Shown here one piece after another: positions 1-9,610 of a DNA stretch of 64,000 bases. Below the pieces are notes generated by a model. It saw only the letters and a list, made by a program, of their open reading frames with translations, was not told the DNA's origin and searched no databases. Location of the stretch: IMG/VR virus record IMGVR_UViG_3300023170_004399, positions 128,001 through 192,000 of that record. One strand, 5' to 3'. The stretch's first letter is position 1. The number at the start of each line of letters is the position of its first letter. The position numbers and the translations under genes are program-made. The stretch comes from a virus. Taxonomy: Duplodnaviria > Caudoviricetes.

Positions 1-8
1 TATATAAC

Positions 9-1805
9 TTGATGACTAATATCCCCGGGTATGATTTTAAAATAAAAAATATAACGAATGTTTCAGAACTTAACTTGTCGGGTATTAGTAACTTAGATTC
101 ATCAAATGAAGGAAAATCAAGTGGACCAATACCACAATTTAAAGAGATAACCAGACCCTATAAAAATGCTTATTTTGACACACAAATGCGGTTACTGTTT
201 CACAAAACAGCTCGAGCTAATGGGTTTAATAATTACTTATTTAATCAAATTTTAAAATTTAATCATGATTACATTGTGTCAAAGGTCCCGGGCACCCCTG
301 TTTCTTTGATTGATCTTGCTAATATAGTATTTCCGATAGGTAGTGAAATAATTAATGTCGAAAGCGCTGAACCGGCAGTACTTAGAAGATTAGCGGATCT
401 TCTTCAATACGCCCAGGTAACCGGTAACAGAATGCGTATTGCTGATGCATCATTTCAATATGAAATGTTTTCTAAATTTAAAAATTACAATTCCGATAAT
501 TTAGATTTTAAGAATTATATCGATAAAAATATAGAAAGCGACCTAGGTTCATTTGAAAAAATTAAAAAAGAAACATATTTAGAAATTAATTTTGAAGACA
601 CAGATTTAAAAATTCCTGCGCCGGTATATGAAACAATACAAGCTATAGTCACAGACACTGACACTATACCGCCCACAATAATTTTGCAAGATATTCAAAA
701 CAAAACATCTCCGACTAGTCTAGATAGAAACAATTATTTTTACGCTGGCGTGTTAGACGACTATTCTAGATCAGCATATTACAACTCTCAAGAAAATCTG
801 AAACCAGTTATATATTGTAACTATTTTACAGAAAAAGCAGAGTTTCAATATAACATTGTATCATTAAAAGCACTATGCAGAAGAAACAAAATCAATAGTA
901 CAAGATTCAAAGTCTTATACGATTTAATAAACACAGTTAAGAGTTTTAGAGATGCTTTAGATTCTATTGTAAAATCAGATTTAATAGAAGAGATAAGAGG
1001 GTCTGGAGAAAAAACTGGTATAGTTGACATTGCAAATTTTGATTATATAAGTGCTGAACAGATTAGATTGAATATTCTGAACAAGTTTTACAATAGACCA
1101 TTACCGCAACTAAATTATTTTCTACAAGGGGACTTTCCTGATTTTCCTTATATTCAGAATTTAGATAAAAAGGAAAAATTGAAAGATTATTTTAGTGACG
1201 CATTAATATGTGTTGTAGGTATACCATATTCAATAGCTCGGGAAAAAGAAGTTATAACCTTAAATTTTGTCATCACAGATTTTAACAAAAATGAAGTTTA
1301 TTCGAATAAGTTCAAATTTGATTTGACGCAATTTTCTATCTCTCCCAACACGACTATTTCTTTTAATGGTTTAGAAGCTTCGGTGTTAGTTGGGGATAGA
1401 AACCCAAAAAATATTGAATCTAGATTAATTAAAGAGTTTTTACTAAGCAGTACTGGTATCGATTTTAATGAGCGTAATTATGTCAACAAAAATCTGAAAA
1501 AAGGTGTTAAATGTGTCAAAGATTACACACCAAATGATGTTGACATTAAAATTTACAAAGATCAAAGGTATATTCCAAATTACACAGTGGATGGAGAAAT
1601 AGATTTGAATAATTTTGTTTTATCAAACAATCAACTAATAAACCCATCTAAGTTTATTGATAACACAACTTCAGGCTTTGTTTTTGACAGAATATTTGCA
1701 TGCAAGCTAGATATTAGTGACAAAGATATCAAATACAACAATATAGCCATATCAGTTTTACTAGAAGATTATGTAGAAAGTGATTATGTTAAAATAAAAA
1801 ATTAG
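9..1805 (+). CDS. Uncharacterised large protein, probably virion-associated; may be 5'-truncated
   Basis: 598-codon ORF; the frame is open back to position 3 (TAT AAC TTG ATG), so the true start may lie before the window. Asn/Ile-rich; no motif recognised. Confidence 0.5.
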   Translation: MMTNIPGYDFKIKNITNVSELNLSGISNLDSSNEGKSSGPIPQFKEITRPYKNAYFDTQMRLLFHKTARANGFNNYLFNQILKFNHDYIVSKVPGTPVSLIDLANIVFPIGSEIINVESAEPAVLRRLADLLQYAQVTGNRMRIADASFQYEMFSKFKNYNSDNLDFKNYIDKNIESDLGSFEKIKKETYLEINFEDTDLKIPAPVYETIQAIVTDTDTIPPTIILQDIQNKTSPTSLDRNNYFYAGVLDDYSRSAYYNSQENLKPVIYCNYFTEKAEFQYNIVSLKALCRRNKINSTRFKVLYDLINTVKSFRDALDSIVKSDLIEEIRGSGEKTGIVDIANFDYISAEQIRLNILNKFYNRPLPQLNYFLQGDFPDFPYIQNLDKKEKLKDYFSDALICVVGIPYSIAREKEVITLNFVITDFNKNEVYSNKFKFDLTQFSISPNTTISFNGLEASVLVGDRNPKNIESRLIKEFLLSSTGIDFNERNYVNKNLKKGVKCVKDYTPNDVDIKIYKDQRYIPNYTVDGEIDLNNFVLSNNQLINPSKFIDNTTSGFVFDRIFACKLDISDKDIKYNNIAISVLLEDYVESDYVKIKN

Positions 1806-1812
1806 GTAAAAA

Positions 1813-3546
1813 ATGAGTATAAAGAAAGTAAATGTAGGAGAGCCAATAAGTGGTGCTATTACTGAAATATCTAACAATGTATTAAGCATCGATCTAGATC
1901 AGTCAGATGTAACAGTTCGTGATCACGAAGTAAAATTTGTCTATGTTACTTATGATAAAAATGAATATGTAGACTATGCTGAAAATATGCAAAAAAAATA
2001 TCGTTACACAAATCTAGTACTAGATAGACCGGTAGTTATAAGTCGTGGAACATCGGCATACGAAGTTTTTACTGACAATTTTTTAAATAACAATGCGAAT
2101 AAACAATTTTTTGAATATATTCTAGATCATATTGATCAAAAAAGTATTTTTAGAAACACAGACACAAATTCAAACAGATATAGTTTAGTTGATTTTGCTA
2201 ATAACGTTATACCACCAATACAAAATATAAATCAGGTTACCGGTGAAATTATAAATATAGAGTCACAAAACATCGATGAATTTTCTGTCGTAAATAATGT
2301 AGCTGCTGACTTTATAGGCCAAATGACACAAAACGCTGCAAACAATATATTTTCCAATTTTAATGAAAGCTCTTCTGTTGGCGTACAAGAAGCCTTCGAA
2401 ATACAGGCACAAGCTAATGCGACTGCTAATTCAAATGTAAATCAAAACAATACTATAAGTTTAAGATTTACTACGTTACCGGTGGGTAATGTATCTGTGG
2501 CAAGGTTAAAAAATCTAGCTGCAAATCCATTAGTAATTGGCTACAATATATATAAATATGAAACAAAAACCGGGAAAAACGATAGTTTAATTGATGTAAC
2601 CTTTGTTAGTAATTTATACAGATTAAACGATGTAAAAACTAAAAAGGGGAATGTTTCATTTTCTGAGGTGTATAGTCTTTTTCAAAGAAGAAAATATACG
2701 TATAAAGACTATGATATATTAATGGGTAAAAAATATACGTATGAAATATTTCCAGTTTTTGTATATAGTATATTTAACGAAAATGCTGAAACGCTTAAGT
2801 TTACTGTTATAGAATCACGTTACTTTAAAAGATTTTCTGTGACTACAGATGATGTAATTAAACCTAACCCTCCTCACGTAAAAGTGCAAAGAACGGTAGG
2901 GCAAAATTTAAAAATAAGCTGGGTACCAAACCAGCAATCAAATGTTACAATAAACAACGTTAGACAAAGTGTTAATGATACGAAAGGGTACTTAATATTT
3001 AAAAGAAATACAATAAATGATGCCTTTGAATTAATAAAAGCTTTTGACTTTAGTGATAGCGTTGGATACAAAAACCCTATAAACAATATTTTAAAAGACG
3101 TGCCACAAAACTTGAAAAGTTTTGGCACTAGACATGTAACTAGTTTTAATTACAACATAAATGATGATGAAGATTATATATTTACAGTTTGTTCATATGA
3201 TGCTCGAGGCAACATATCTAATTTATCCAATCAAATCTTTTCTAGAATAAATAGCGCAACTAACATATTTGTTAAGGAAACTGTTTGCCAGTCAGGTGCA
3301 CAATTGCAACAACCAAATTTGTATATAAACAACGTGCCCAATCGATTAGACAATAAAATATTTTTATCAGATTCATTAAATGCTAGCAAATATAAAAATA
3401 TAAAGATATATCACTGTCCAGAAAACAACACAATAACAAAAAAAGTTAATAAAGACAGTGCTAACCCAAATTATAAAGTACAATTAATTGATATATTTAC
3501 CCAACAACAAAAAATAGTAGATTTGTATTTAGAAGAAGAAGTTTAA
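1813..3546 (+). CDS. Probable virion structural protein with fibronectin-III/Ig-like domains
   Basis: FN3-like segments IKPNPPHVKVQRTVGQNLKISW and DYIFTVCSYDARGNISNLSN; lies next to baseplate-type genes. Confidence 0.55.
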   Translation: MSIKKVNVGEPISGAITEISNNVLSIDLDQSDVTVRDHEVKFVYVTYDKNEYVDYAENMQKKYRYTNLVLDRPVVISRGTSAYEVFTDNFLNNNANKQFFEYILDHIDQKSIFRNTDTNSNRYSLVDFANNVIPPIQNINQVTGEIINIESQNIDEFSVVNNVAADFIGQMTQNAANNIFSNFNESSSVGVQEAFEIQAQANATANSNVNQNNTISLRFTTLPVGNVSVARLKNLAANPLVIGYNIYKYETKTGKNDSLIDVTFVSNLYRLNDVKTKKGNVSFSEVYSLFQRRKYTYKDYDILMGKKYTYEIFPVFVYSIFNENAETLKFTVIESRYFKRFSVTTDDVIKPNPPHVKVQRTVGQNLKISWVPNQQSNVTINNVRQSVNDTKGYLIFKRNTINDAFELIKAFDFSDSVGYKNPINNILKDVPQNLKSFGTRHVTSFNYNINDDEDYIFTVCSYDARGNISNLSNQIFSRINSATNIFVKETVCQSGAQLQQPNLYINNVPNRLDNKIFLSDSLNASKYKNIKIYHCPENNTITKKVNKDSANPNYKVQLIDIFTQQQKIVDLYLEEEV

Positions 3547-3586
3547 ACAATAATGCTTTGTCGACGATTATTATTTTTACTTTTGC

Positions 3587-3593
3587 ATATTTA
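3587..3593 (+). promoter_or_regulatory. Candidate late promoter, ATAWTTA class (ATATTTA)
   Basis: Heptamer 34 nt upstream of ATG 3628; the motif recurs in intergenic gaps before structural genes. Confidence 0.5.
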
Positions 3594-3627
3594 TAGATAA
3601 ATTAAGTTAATTTAGGAGTGTATACGT

Positions 3628-4341
3628 ATGGGATTGTTAGATCATAGTACAAACAACATTTTAATTGATGCTGTATTAACAGATGCCGGCCGAAAGGCAA
3701 TAGCAGATGGTAATTTTAGCATTCAACAGTATGCTTTTTTTGATGATGAAATTGATTATACTATCATTAAAAAATACGGAAAAACAATAGGTCGTGAAAA
3801 AATAGAAAAAAATACGCCTATTTTTGAAGCTAGCACTAGTGCAAACACTGGCTTAAAACATCAATTACTAACATTAGAAAGTAGTGAGTTTAATCAAAAT
3901 ACTCAAATAGCTCAAACGCCTCAGGATTTTTTCTTTTTAGAGGCATCATTTGCAAATCAGAACAATAAAATCAGTGTAATAGGTGTAGCACCTCAAGCAA
4001 TATCACTTACTATTGACTTGAAAAAGAAGGCTGGCACAATATTGGAAAACATTGATGGAAAATTTAGACTAGAGTATGATGGCAGATTTTTACGGGCTGA
4101 GGGAAGCAGCGAAGAAACTATTAACAACAGTTTTAAAAAAGCGGCTGAATATGATGGTGATCAAAGCTTTTCGCCAACAGTAAATACGGCTGATACAGTA
4201 ACGGTACAATTAAACAGATCAGAAATATATGCTCAATATAGTGCTGCATATTCTGCTAATAGTGAAATAAGTGTACCAGTAAAAATAATAGAAACAAACA
4301 CAAATATTAGCATAACAAAAGTAGTTAAAGTAGAAGTTTAG
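3628..4341 (+). CDS. Probable baseplate/tail structural protein
   Basis: AGGAG SD; N-terminus IDAVLTDAGRKAIADGNFSIQQYAFFDDEIDY resembles, from memory, a baseplate-region family of large myoviruses. Confidence 0.5.
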   Translation: MGLLDHSTNNILIDAVLTDAGRKAIADGNFSIQQYAFFDDEIDYTIIKKYGKTIGREKIEKNTPIFEASTSANTGLKHQLLTLESSEFNQNTQIAQTPQDFFFLEASFANQNNKISVIGVAPQAISLTIDLKKKAGTILENIDGKFRLEYDGRFLRAEGSSEETINNSFKKAAEYDGDQSFSPTVNTADTVTVQLNRSEIYAQYSAAYSANSEISVPVKIIETNTNISITKVVKVEV

Positions 4342-4351
4342 GGAGTAAACA

Positions 4352-5689
4352 ATGGCAATTAAATTTGGTAATTTTGAAGATGGTGGATTGGGAAACCAAA
4401 CTTCTACTAGAACAAAGCTTAATCAACTTATTGATGTAATTCAAGAAGATATTAGCGGCAGTGTTACAAGAAAAAAATATCAGGTATTTGTAACTGGTGG
4501 CATTGGCCCCGGAGTTACTTCATCGTTATTTCAAACCGTGTTTGATCAAGATTTTAGTTTGCAAACAGCAAATCCTATTATGGATATGACAATGGGAATG
4601 TTTTTCAATAAAACAGCCTTTGATGCCGGTGAAGCCAGTGGGGGAAATGCACCAGCAATGGATATTTGCACTAGTGTAAATAGTAACAACCGGCCCTTGT
4701 ATCCGAGTTCAAGCTTGATGATGCGTGAAAAAATTGACATTTATAGACAACACGCAAAAGTGCTCTTGGGTGACTCCGAAGCAGGGTTTTATTTAGGTGA
4801 TAACTTCCCGGCTAATAATCTAAATACTACCTTTGCAGCTTCATCCATTAATGCAAATTCCAACTTAATAGGAACAGCTTTGTTTTTAGATATTAAAAGA
4901 TTGTTTGCGCGGGATGCAATTAGAAAAGAAACATTTGCAATGCGTATATACAGAAGTGCTAGTCTTAGTTCTAATGATAGTGGTGCTGTACCAAATGTTG
5001 GCATCAAAGGCGAATGCACTTCTTCTATTTTAGGAAATAGAATTGTTGCTGATATATCTGCTACATCTAATTTACGATTAAGCAATGCCGGAGATTGCGC
5101 ACAACTTAAGTTTGCTGACAATACAACAGAAAATGCTGGATTAATATTTTATGATGCTGGTGTGGCTGTTTTAGATATGAAGAAAATTTTTGACCCTGAT
5201 CAACACATTCTTGGGGTTATAGATGGCATGAATAATACTTCCTATACTGGTGCTAGCGCTGGAGCAGTAACTGCCGGGGAAATTTCTATAGGTGAAGCTG
5301 ATGGCGGTGGAAATGCCAGTGCAACATTTATACCTGATTTTGTTTGCTCAGCTTCTATCGACAATGTCATTGATCATATTTCAACTGGACGTTTTCAATC
5401 TGGGTCCTTAACAGCGACTGCTTTTCAAAATCAGACAAATATTGAAAGTACAATATATTTTTGTAATGCACAGGCAGACCAATTTAATTTTAGTAGTAAC
5501 CCTACTTTTATTACATCTGATGGGTCTATTAATACAATCGAAGAAACTGGTGATTCAGCATTTGTTTATATTACTGGGGTTGGGTTGTATAATGACTCGG
5601 AAGAATTATTAGCTGTTGCGAAAATGTCTAGACCTTTAGAGAAGGATAATCAAACACAGCTTACAATTAAAGTACGTTTAGATTTTTAG
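4352..5689 (+). CDS. Probable baseplate/tail-fibre attachment protein
   Basis: C-terminus VYITGVGLYNDSEELLAVAKMSRPLEK...IKVRLDF resembles tail-collar/fibre attachment domains; paralogous to the next gene. Confidence 0.55.
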   Translation: MAIKFGNFEDGGLGNQTSTRTKLNQLIDVIQEDISGSVTRKKYQVFVTGGIGPGVTSSLFQTVFDQDFSLQTANPIMDMTMGMFFNKTAFDAGEASGGNAPAMDICTSVNSNNRPLYPSSSLMMREKIDIYRQHAKVLLGDSEAGFYLGDNFPANNLNTTFAASSINANSNLIGTALFLDIKRLFARDAIRKETFAMRIYRSASLSSNDSGAVPNVGIKGECTSSILGNRIVADISATSNLRLSNAGDCAQLKFADNTTENAGLIFYDAGVAVLDMKKIFDPDQHILGVIDGMNNTSYTGASAGAVTAGEISIGEADGGGNASATFIPDFVCSASIDNVIDHISTGRFQSGSLTATAFQNQTNIESTIYFCNAQADQFNFSSNPTFITSDGSINTIEETGDSAFVYITGVGLYNDSEELLAVAKMSRPLEKDNQTQLTIKVRLDF

Positions 5690-5691
5690 AA

Positions 5692-8118
5692 ATGGCATTT
5701 ATAAAGTTTAGCAAATCTTATGAAACAACTTATAACACAGTACTGAACGGATTTAGAAGTTTTACTTCATCTAGTGTAAGTGGTGTTACTGGTTCTGTAT
5801 TTGTATTTGTTAATAGAAGTGATACACAGAAAGATTCAATAGATTTGCGTGAAGGACTTGGCGGAGTTGGACCTAATGGTGAAGCATTGGTGCAACCTTT
5901 TCACGTTAATACTTTTGAGCGTCGTAGACAGGAAATATACCAAGGCAATGTTGGCATAGGAAAAACTGGTGCAACTAATCATGAAACAGCTCTTGCTTTG
6001 TTGTTAGATGGTGCTAGTGCATATGAAAGTCAAGCAAACTGGCCACCAGAAATTTCCCCTAATAGTCAGCTGAATTTAAACTTTGCGCATAAAGGATATT
6101 CAGATTTTGGTATGCATCCTAGAAATGCAACTAAAAAAGATATTCGAATACTGTCACCTGGCAACTCTCTTTTCTCTTCTGCCAGTATGATTTACAAAAA
6201 CATGTACGATAGTGGCAATAATATATCAGCTTTAAATTATTTAAATGAATATATTGATAACGCTCATGTATTAAATTTAAAGCAAAAAACAACTGAAAAG
6301 CATGGCATATTTTATTATAATTCAAATAATGCTTATAACTTAGATTCTGATGGTATTACTATATCATTTTGGATAAAGCCATCTAAGTTTTGTACGGGGT
6401 CTGAAGGTATATTGCACCATTTGGATCAATATGCTGTCTCAATACACCCAGTTACATATGACGAAAATGGATACAGTGATAAGCTTGAAATAGTTACTCA
6501 GTTAGGAAACAGTATTAGCAATCCAGAAAATGTGTCTTTGGGAACTCATGGATATAGAAGCAGCGGGTACTTAACAGCTGGGGAATGGACAAATTATTTG
6601 TTTAAATGGTCACCTAATTATAATAGTGGGGAGCCGGTAATTCAATTAGACTATAACAAACAAGCAAATAATTTTACGCCTTTAGCAAGTGTTACGACCA
6701 GTACAAGTAATGCAATATTATTAGGTGGTTTTTTTACTGGTAGTACAGCTGATCAAGATAAAATATTTGGTGCAAATGGCGTTACACAGGGTGTTGAATT
6801 TACTAGTGAAACAGTCGATGGATTTGACATATCACCGCTTATTTCGCATTGTTTAAATGCTGAAATGCATGAAATAAAGATTGAAACTGGTGCAAAAACA
6901 AATGAATATATTGCTGACAGATACACATCATATACTGGGTCAATGGACAATTTTAAGTTTTATTTGCCGCTTTTGTTTAATTCTAATGGCCCACAAGTTT
7001 ATTCTAATGTGTTAAAAAACAACCAAAGTAATATTGCTGCTTCTAATAATTTGACTGATTTTTGGAATATTGACACAACTTGGGAAGTTAGATCAGGTTC
7101 GTATATTAACAATATAAATCATGCGCACATTGGTGGTTTTGCTAATGTTAATATTGCTAATTTTCTAAAAGAATATAAAACAAAAAATTATCCTTTCTTG
7201 CATTTGCTTTCCGAATCTGAAGCTCGCACATTATATAAAAATTGTCACAGTTTTACCGGTAGTTACTTTCAAGATAATCTGTTACGTAATAAAAGAAATC
7301 TAACAATATTACCCAGTGATAATTATGATTTTACATTTAATGCGACTCCGTTTTTAAACGGCAACGTTCAATCAGGTTCATATTATAATAATGATGTTAA
7401 TAAAATAAAAACACTAGATGTAGCTGTTGTTGATGATAAAAATTCTTTGTACATGATTGCTGATGAAGTGTATGCTGATGTTGTCAAGTTATTTTCAGCT
7501 GAAAACAGTGGTGCTACGAAAGCACAAGAAGTTATAGCTAGACCAGAATTTTTTAGCGGCTGGTTTAACGTTGCAAATAAGTTTGATAAATCAAATAATA
7601 CGTACATCATGATTACCATACCACAAATATTTTATGGTGAAAGAATTAAGCCAGGCAGTGTTATTATAAGAGGCAAACCTTATGATGATGAATATAGTAT
7701 CACTTTAGTGGATGATACAAGTGGAGCTTTTTACAGATCAGATTCTACTACTCCTGCAAAAAGACATCAAATTGGCAAAATAGATTATTCTACAGGAATA
7801 ATTGTAATTACTAATCCTACTCTGTATAATATATTTGATTATGAGTTTTATATTGAGTTTAGAGGTGAAAACCAAGTATTTGTAAAAGAATATAACCTAC
7901 CCGTGCAAAGAGGCTTGTTCACTAGCTCATCTAACCCTAATTACCAATCTTTAAAGCCAAGTGATTATGTACATGAAGAAGATAATAGTTTTGTATACAT
8001 AACTCGAGTTAATTTGCATGACAGCAATCTAAACGTAATAGCTAAAGCAACTTTAGCACAACCAATAATAAAACAGCCGAATGACAAATATTTAATAAGA
8101 TTAAGATTGGATTTTTAA
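5692..8118 (+). CDS. Probable baseplate/tail protein with a LamG/ConA-like domain
   Basis: Internal DGITISFWIKPS (LamG-like start); C-terminus VYITRVNLHDSNLNVIAKATLAQPIIK...IRLRLDF matches the previous gene. Confidence 0.55.
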   Translation: MAFIKFSKSYETTYNTVLNGFRSFTSSSVSGVTGSVFVFVNRSDTQKDSIDLREGLGGVGPNGEALVQPFHVNTFERRRQEIYQGNVGIGKTGATNHETALALLLDGASAYESQANWPPEISPNSQLNLNFAHKGYSDFGMHPRNATKKDIRILSPGNSLFSSASMIYKNMYDSGNNISALNYLNEYIDNAHVLNLKQKTTEKHGIFYYNSNNAYNLDSDGITISFWIKPSKFCTGSEGILHHLDQYAVSIHPVTYDENGYSDKLEIVTQLGNSISNPENVSLGTHGYRSSGYLTAGEWTNYLFKWSPNYNSGEPVIQLDYNKQANNFTPLASVTTSTSNAILLGGFFTGSTADQDKIFGANGVTQGVEFTSETVDGFDISPLISHCLNAEMHEIKIETGAKTNEYIADRYTSYTGSMDNFKFYLPLLFNSNGPQVYSNVLKNNQSNIAASNNLTDFWNIDTTWEVRSGSYINNINHAHIGGFANVNIANFLKEYKTKNYPFLHLLSESEARTLYKNCHSFTGSYFQDNLLRNKRNLTILPSDNYDFTFNATPFLNGNVQSGSYYNNDVNKIKTLDVAVVDDKNSLYMIADEVYADVVKLFSAENSGATKAQEVIARPEFFSGWFNVANKFDKSNNTYIMITIPQIFYGERIKPGSVIIRGKPYDDEYSITLVDDTSGAFYRSDSTTPAKRHQIGKIDYSTGIIVITNPTLYNIFDYEFYIEFRGENQVFVKEYNLPVQRGLFTSSSNPNYQSLKPSDYVHEEDNSFVYITRVNLHDSNLNVIAKATLAQPIIKQPNDKYLIRLRLDF

Positions 8119-8663
8119 TGATTTTAGGTTTAGATGTAAGTACTTCTTGTATAGGCTATTGTCTTAAAGAAGGCGAAGATATAAAAGCAATGCATTATAT
8201 CAAATTCTCTTCAAAAAAAACTTTAATGGAAAAAGCAAAGATTTTTGAAGAGTGGTTAACAATACTGTTAAGTAAAAACGACGTTGAAGAAATATATGTC
8301 GAAGAACCTTTTTTAGGTTTTGGGAAAGGTATGTCTTCAGCAAAAACCATAACAACCCTTTATAGCTTTAATGGAATAATACAGTTTATATGTTACAAAG
8401 CTACCCAAAAAGAGGTGCATTTAATTAACGTCAATAGAGCTAGAAAGTCCTTGGGAATAAAAACTGTTACCGTAAAAAAATGTGGCATTCCTATCAAAGA
8501 ACAAGTTTTTAACTGGGTGAATAATAAACTACTGTATCCTTGGCCTAAAAAAGTTTTGAAAAGTGGGCCTAGAAAAGGCACAGAAATTATAGTGGCGGAA
8601 GCAAGAGACATGTCGGATGCTTGGGTAATTGCTAGTGCTGGCCAAATACTTATACAAAATTAA
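8118..8663 (+). CDS. RuvC-like Holliday junction resolvase
   Basis: ILGLDVSTSCIGY (catalytic Asp), IYVEEP (Glu), C-terminal DMSDAWVI (Asp pair); TAATG overlap with the upstream gene. Confidence 0.8.
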   Translation: MILGLDVSTSCIGYCLKEGEDIKAMHYIKFSSKKTLMEKAKIFEEWLTILLSKNDVEEIYVEEPFLGFGKGMSSAKTITTLYSFNGIIQFICYKATQKEVHLINVNRARKSLGIKTVTVKKCGIPIKEQVFNWVNNKLLYPWPKKVLKSGPRKGTEIIVAEARDMSDAWVIASAGQILIQN

Positions 8664-8677
8664 TTTTTTGTTATAGT
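8650..8677 (+). promoter_or_regulatory. Candidate promoter TTATAC-N16-TATAGT with extended -10 TG
   Basis: Immediately upstream of the primase ATG; same upstream hexamer as promoters before SSB, RecA and ClpP. Confidence 0.45.
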
Positions 8678-8683
8678 ATATTC

Positions 8684-9610
8684 ATGCATGATAAACTAAA
8701 ATACCTACAGAAGATATTCGGCCCAATAAAAAAGCATGGTGGTAATGAGATCTCCGTGCGTTGTCCTTTTTGTTCTAAACCTGGTAGCACAAAGAAAAAG
8801 TTGGCTATAAGAACTGACACTGATTATTTTCATTGTTGGGTCTGCGATATAAAAGGTAGAAACTTAAGCTTTCTTATTAAAAAAGTTAATTCTGGTTTGC
8901 TATCAGATTATATTAACAAATTTGGTAATTCAAAATACTCTATAGAAAAAGAAGTTGTAGTTACTAAAACAGAATTACCTGAAGGTTTTAGATTAGTAAT
9001 GGAGTCTTTGTGGGACCCTGATGCTAAAGCAATAAAGAAATATTGTGAAGAGCGTGGAATAACAGAAGATCTTATGTGGAGATATAGATTAGGTTATACA
9101 AACAAAGATTTTAAGTTGAGAAACCGCTTAATAATACCTAGCTTTGATGTAGATGGTGATATTAATTACTGGGCAGCTCGCACAATACAAAAAGACAATA
9201 ATTATAAGTACTTAAACGCACAAATTAAAAAAACGAATATCGTTTTTAATGAAATAGATGTTGATTGGTCTAAACCATTGTTTGTAGTAGAAGGGCCCTT
9301 AGATTTGGTAAAATGTAAACATTTAAATGCAACATGCATATTAGGTTCAAGTCTTAAAGAGAATGATATGTTGTTTTACAATATTGTTAAAAATAACACA
9401 CATGTGATACTTTGTTTAGACATTGATGCGGAAAAAAAGAAAAATAAAATTGCTAAAAACTTAGTAGAATATAATGTAAACGTTTCACATGTCACTGTTG
9501 AAAATGGTGATATTGGTGATTTAAACCCAGATCAAGTTCTAGATGTTTATAAAAAATCAACACCATGGTCTGAAAAAAGCGCACTGTTGCAAAGGATAAA
9601 AATGTTATGA
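8684..9610 (+). CDS. DNA primase (zinc finger + TOPRIM; gp61/DnaG-like)
   Basis: CPFC...HCWVC zinc-binding domain, KYLN motif, TOPRIM motifs VVEGPLD and LCLDIDA. Confidence 0.85.
   Translation: MHDKLKYLQKIFGPIKKHGGNEISVRCPFCSKPGSTKKKLAIRTDTDYFHCWVCDIKGRNLSFLIKKVNSGLLSDYINKFGNSKYSIEKEVVVTKTELPEGFRLVMESLWDPDAKAIKKYCEERGITEDLMWRYRLGYTNKDFKLRNRLIIPSFDVDGDINYWAARTIQKDNNYKYLNAQIKKTNIVFNEIDVDWSKPLFVVEGPLDLVKCKHLNATCILGSSLKENDMLFYNIVKNNTHVILCLDIDAEKKKNKIAKNLVEYNVNVSHVTVENGDIGDLNPDQVLDVYKKSTPWSEKSALLQRIKML

Noticed and set aside
3547-3580. aataat-N12-attatt followed by a T-run as a terminator
   Set aside because: All-A/T 6-bp stem; too weak to call.
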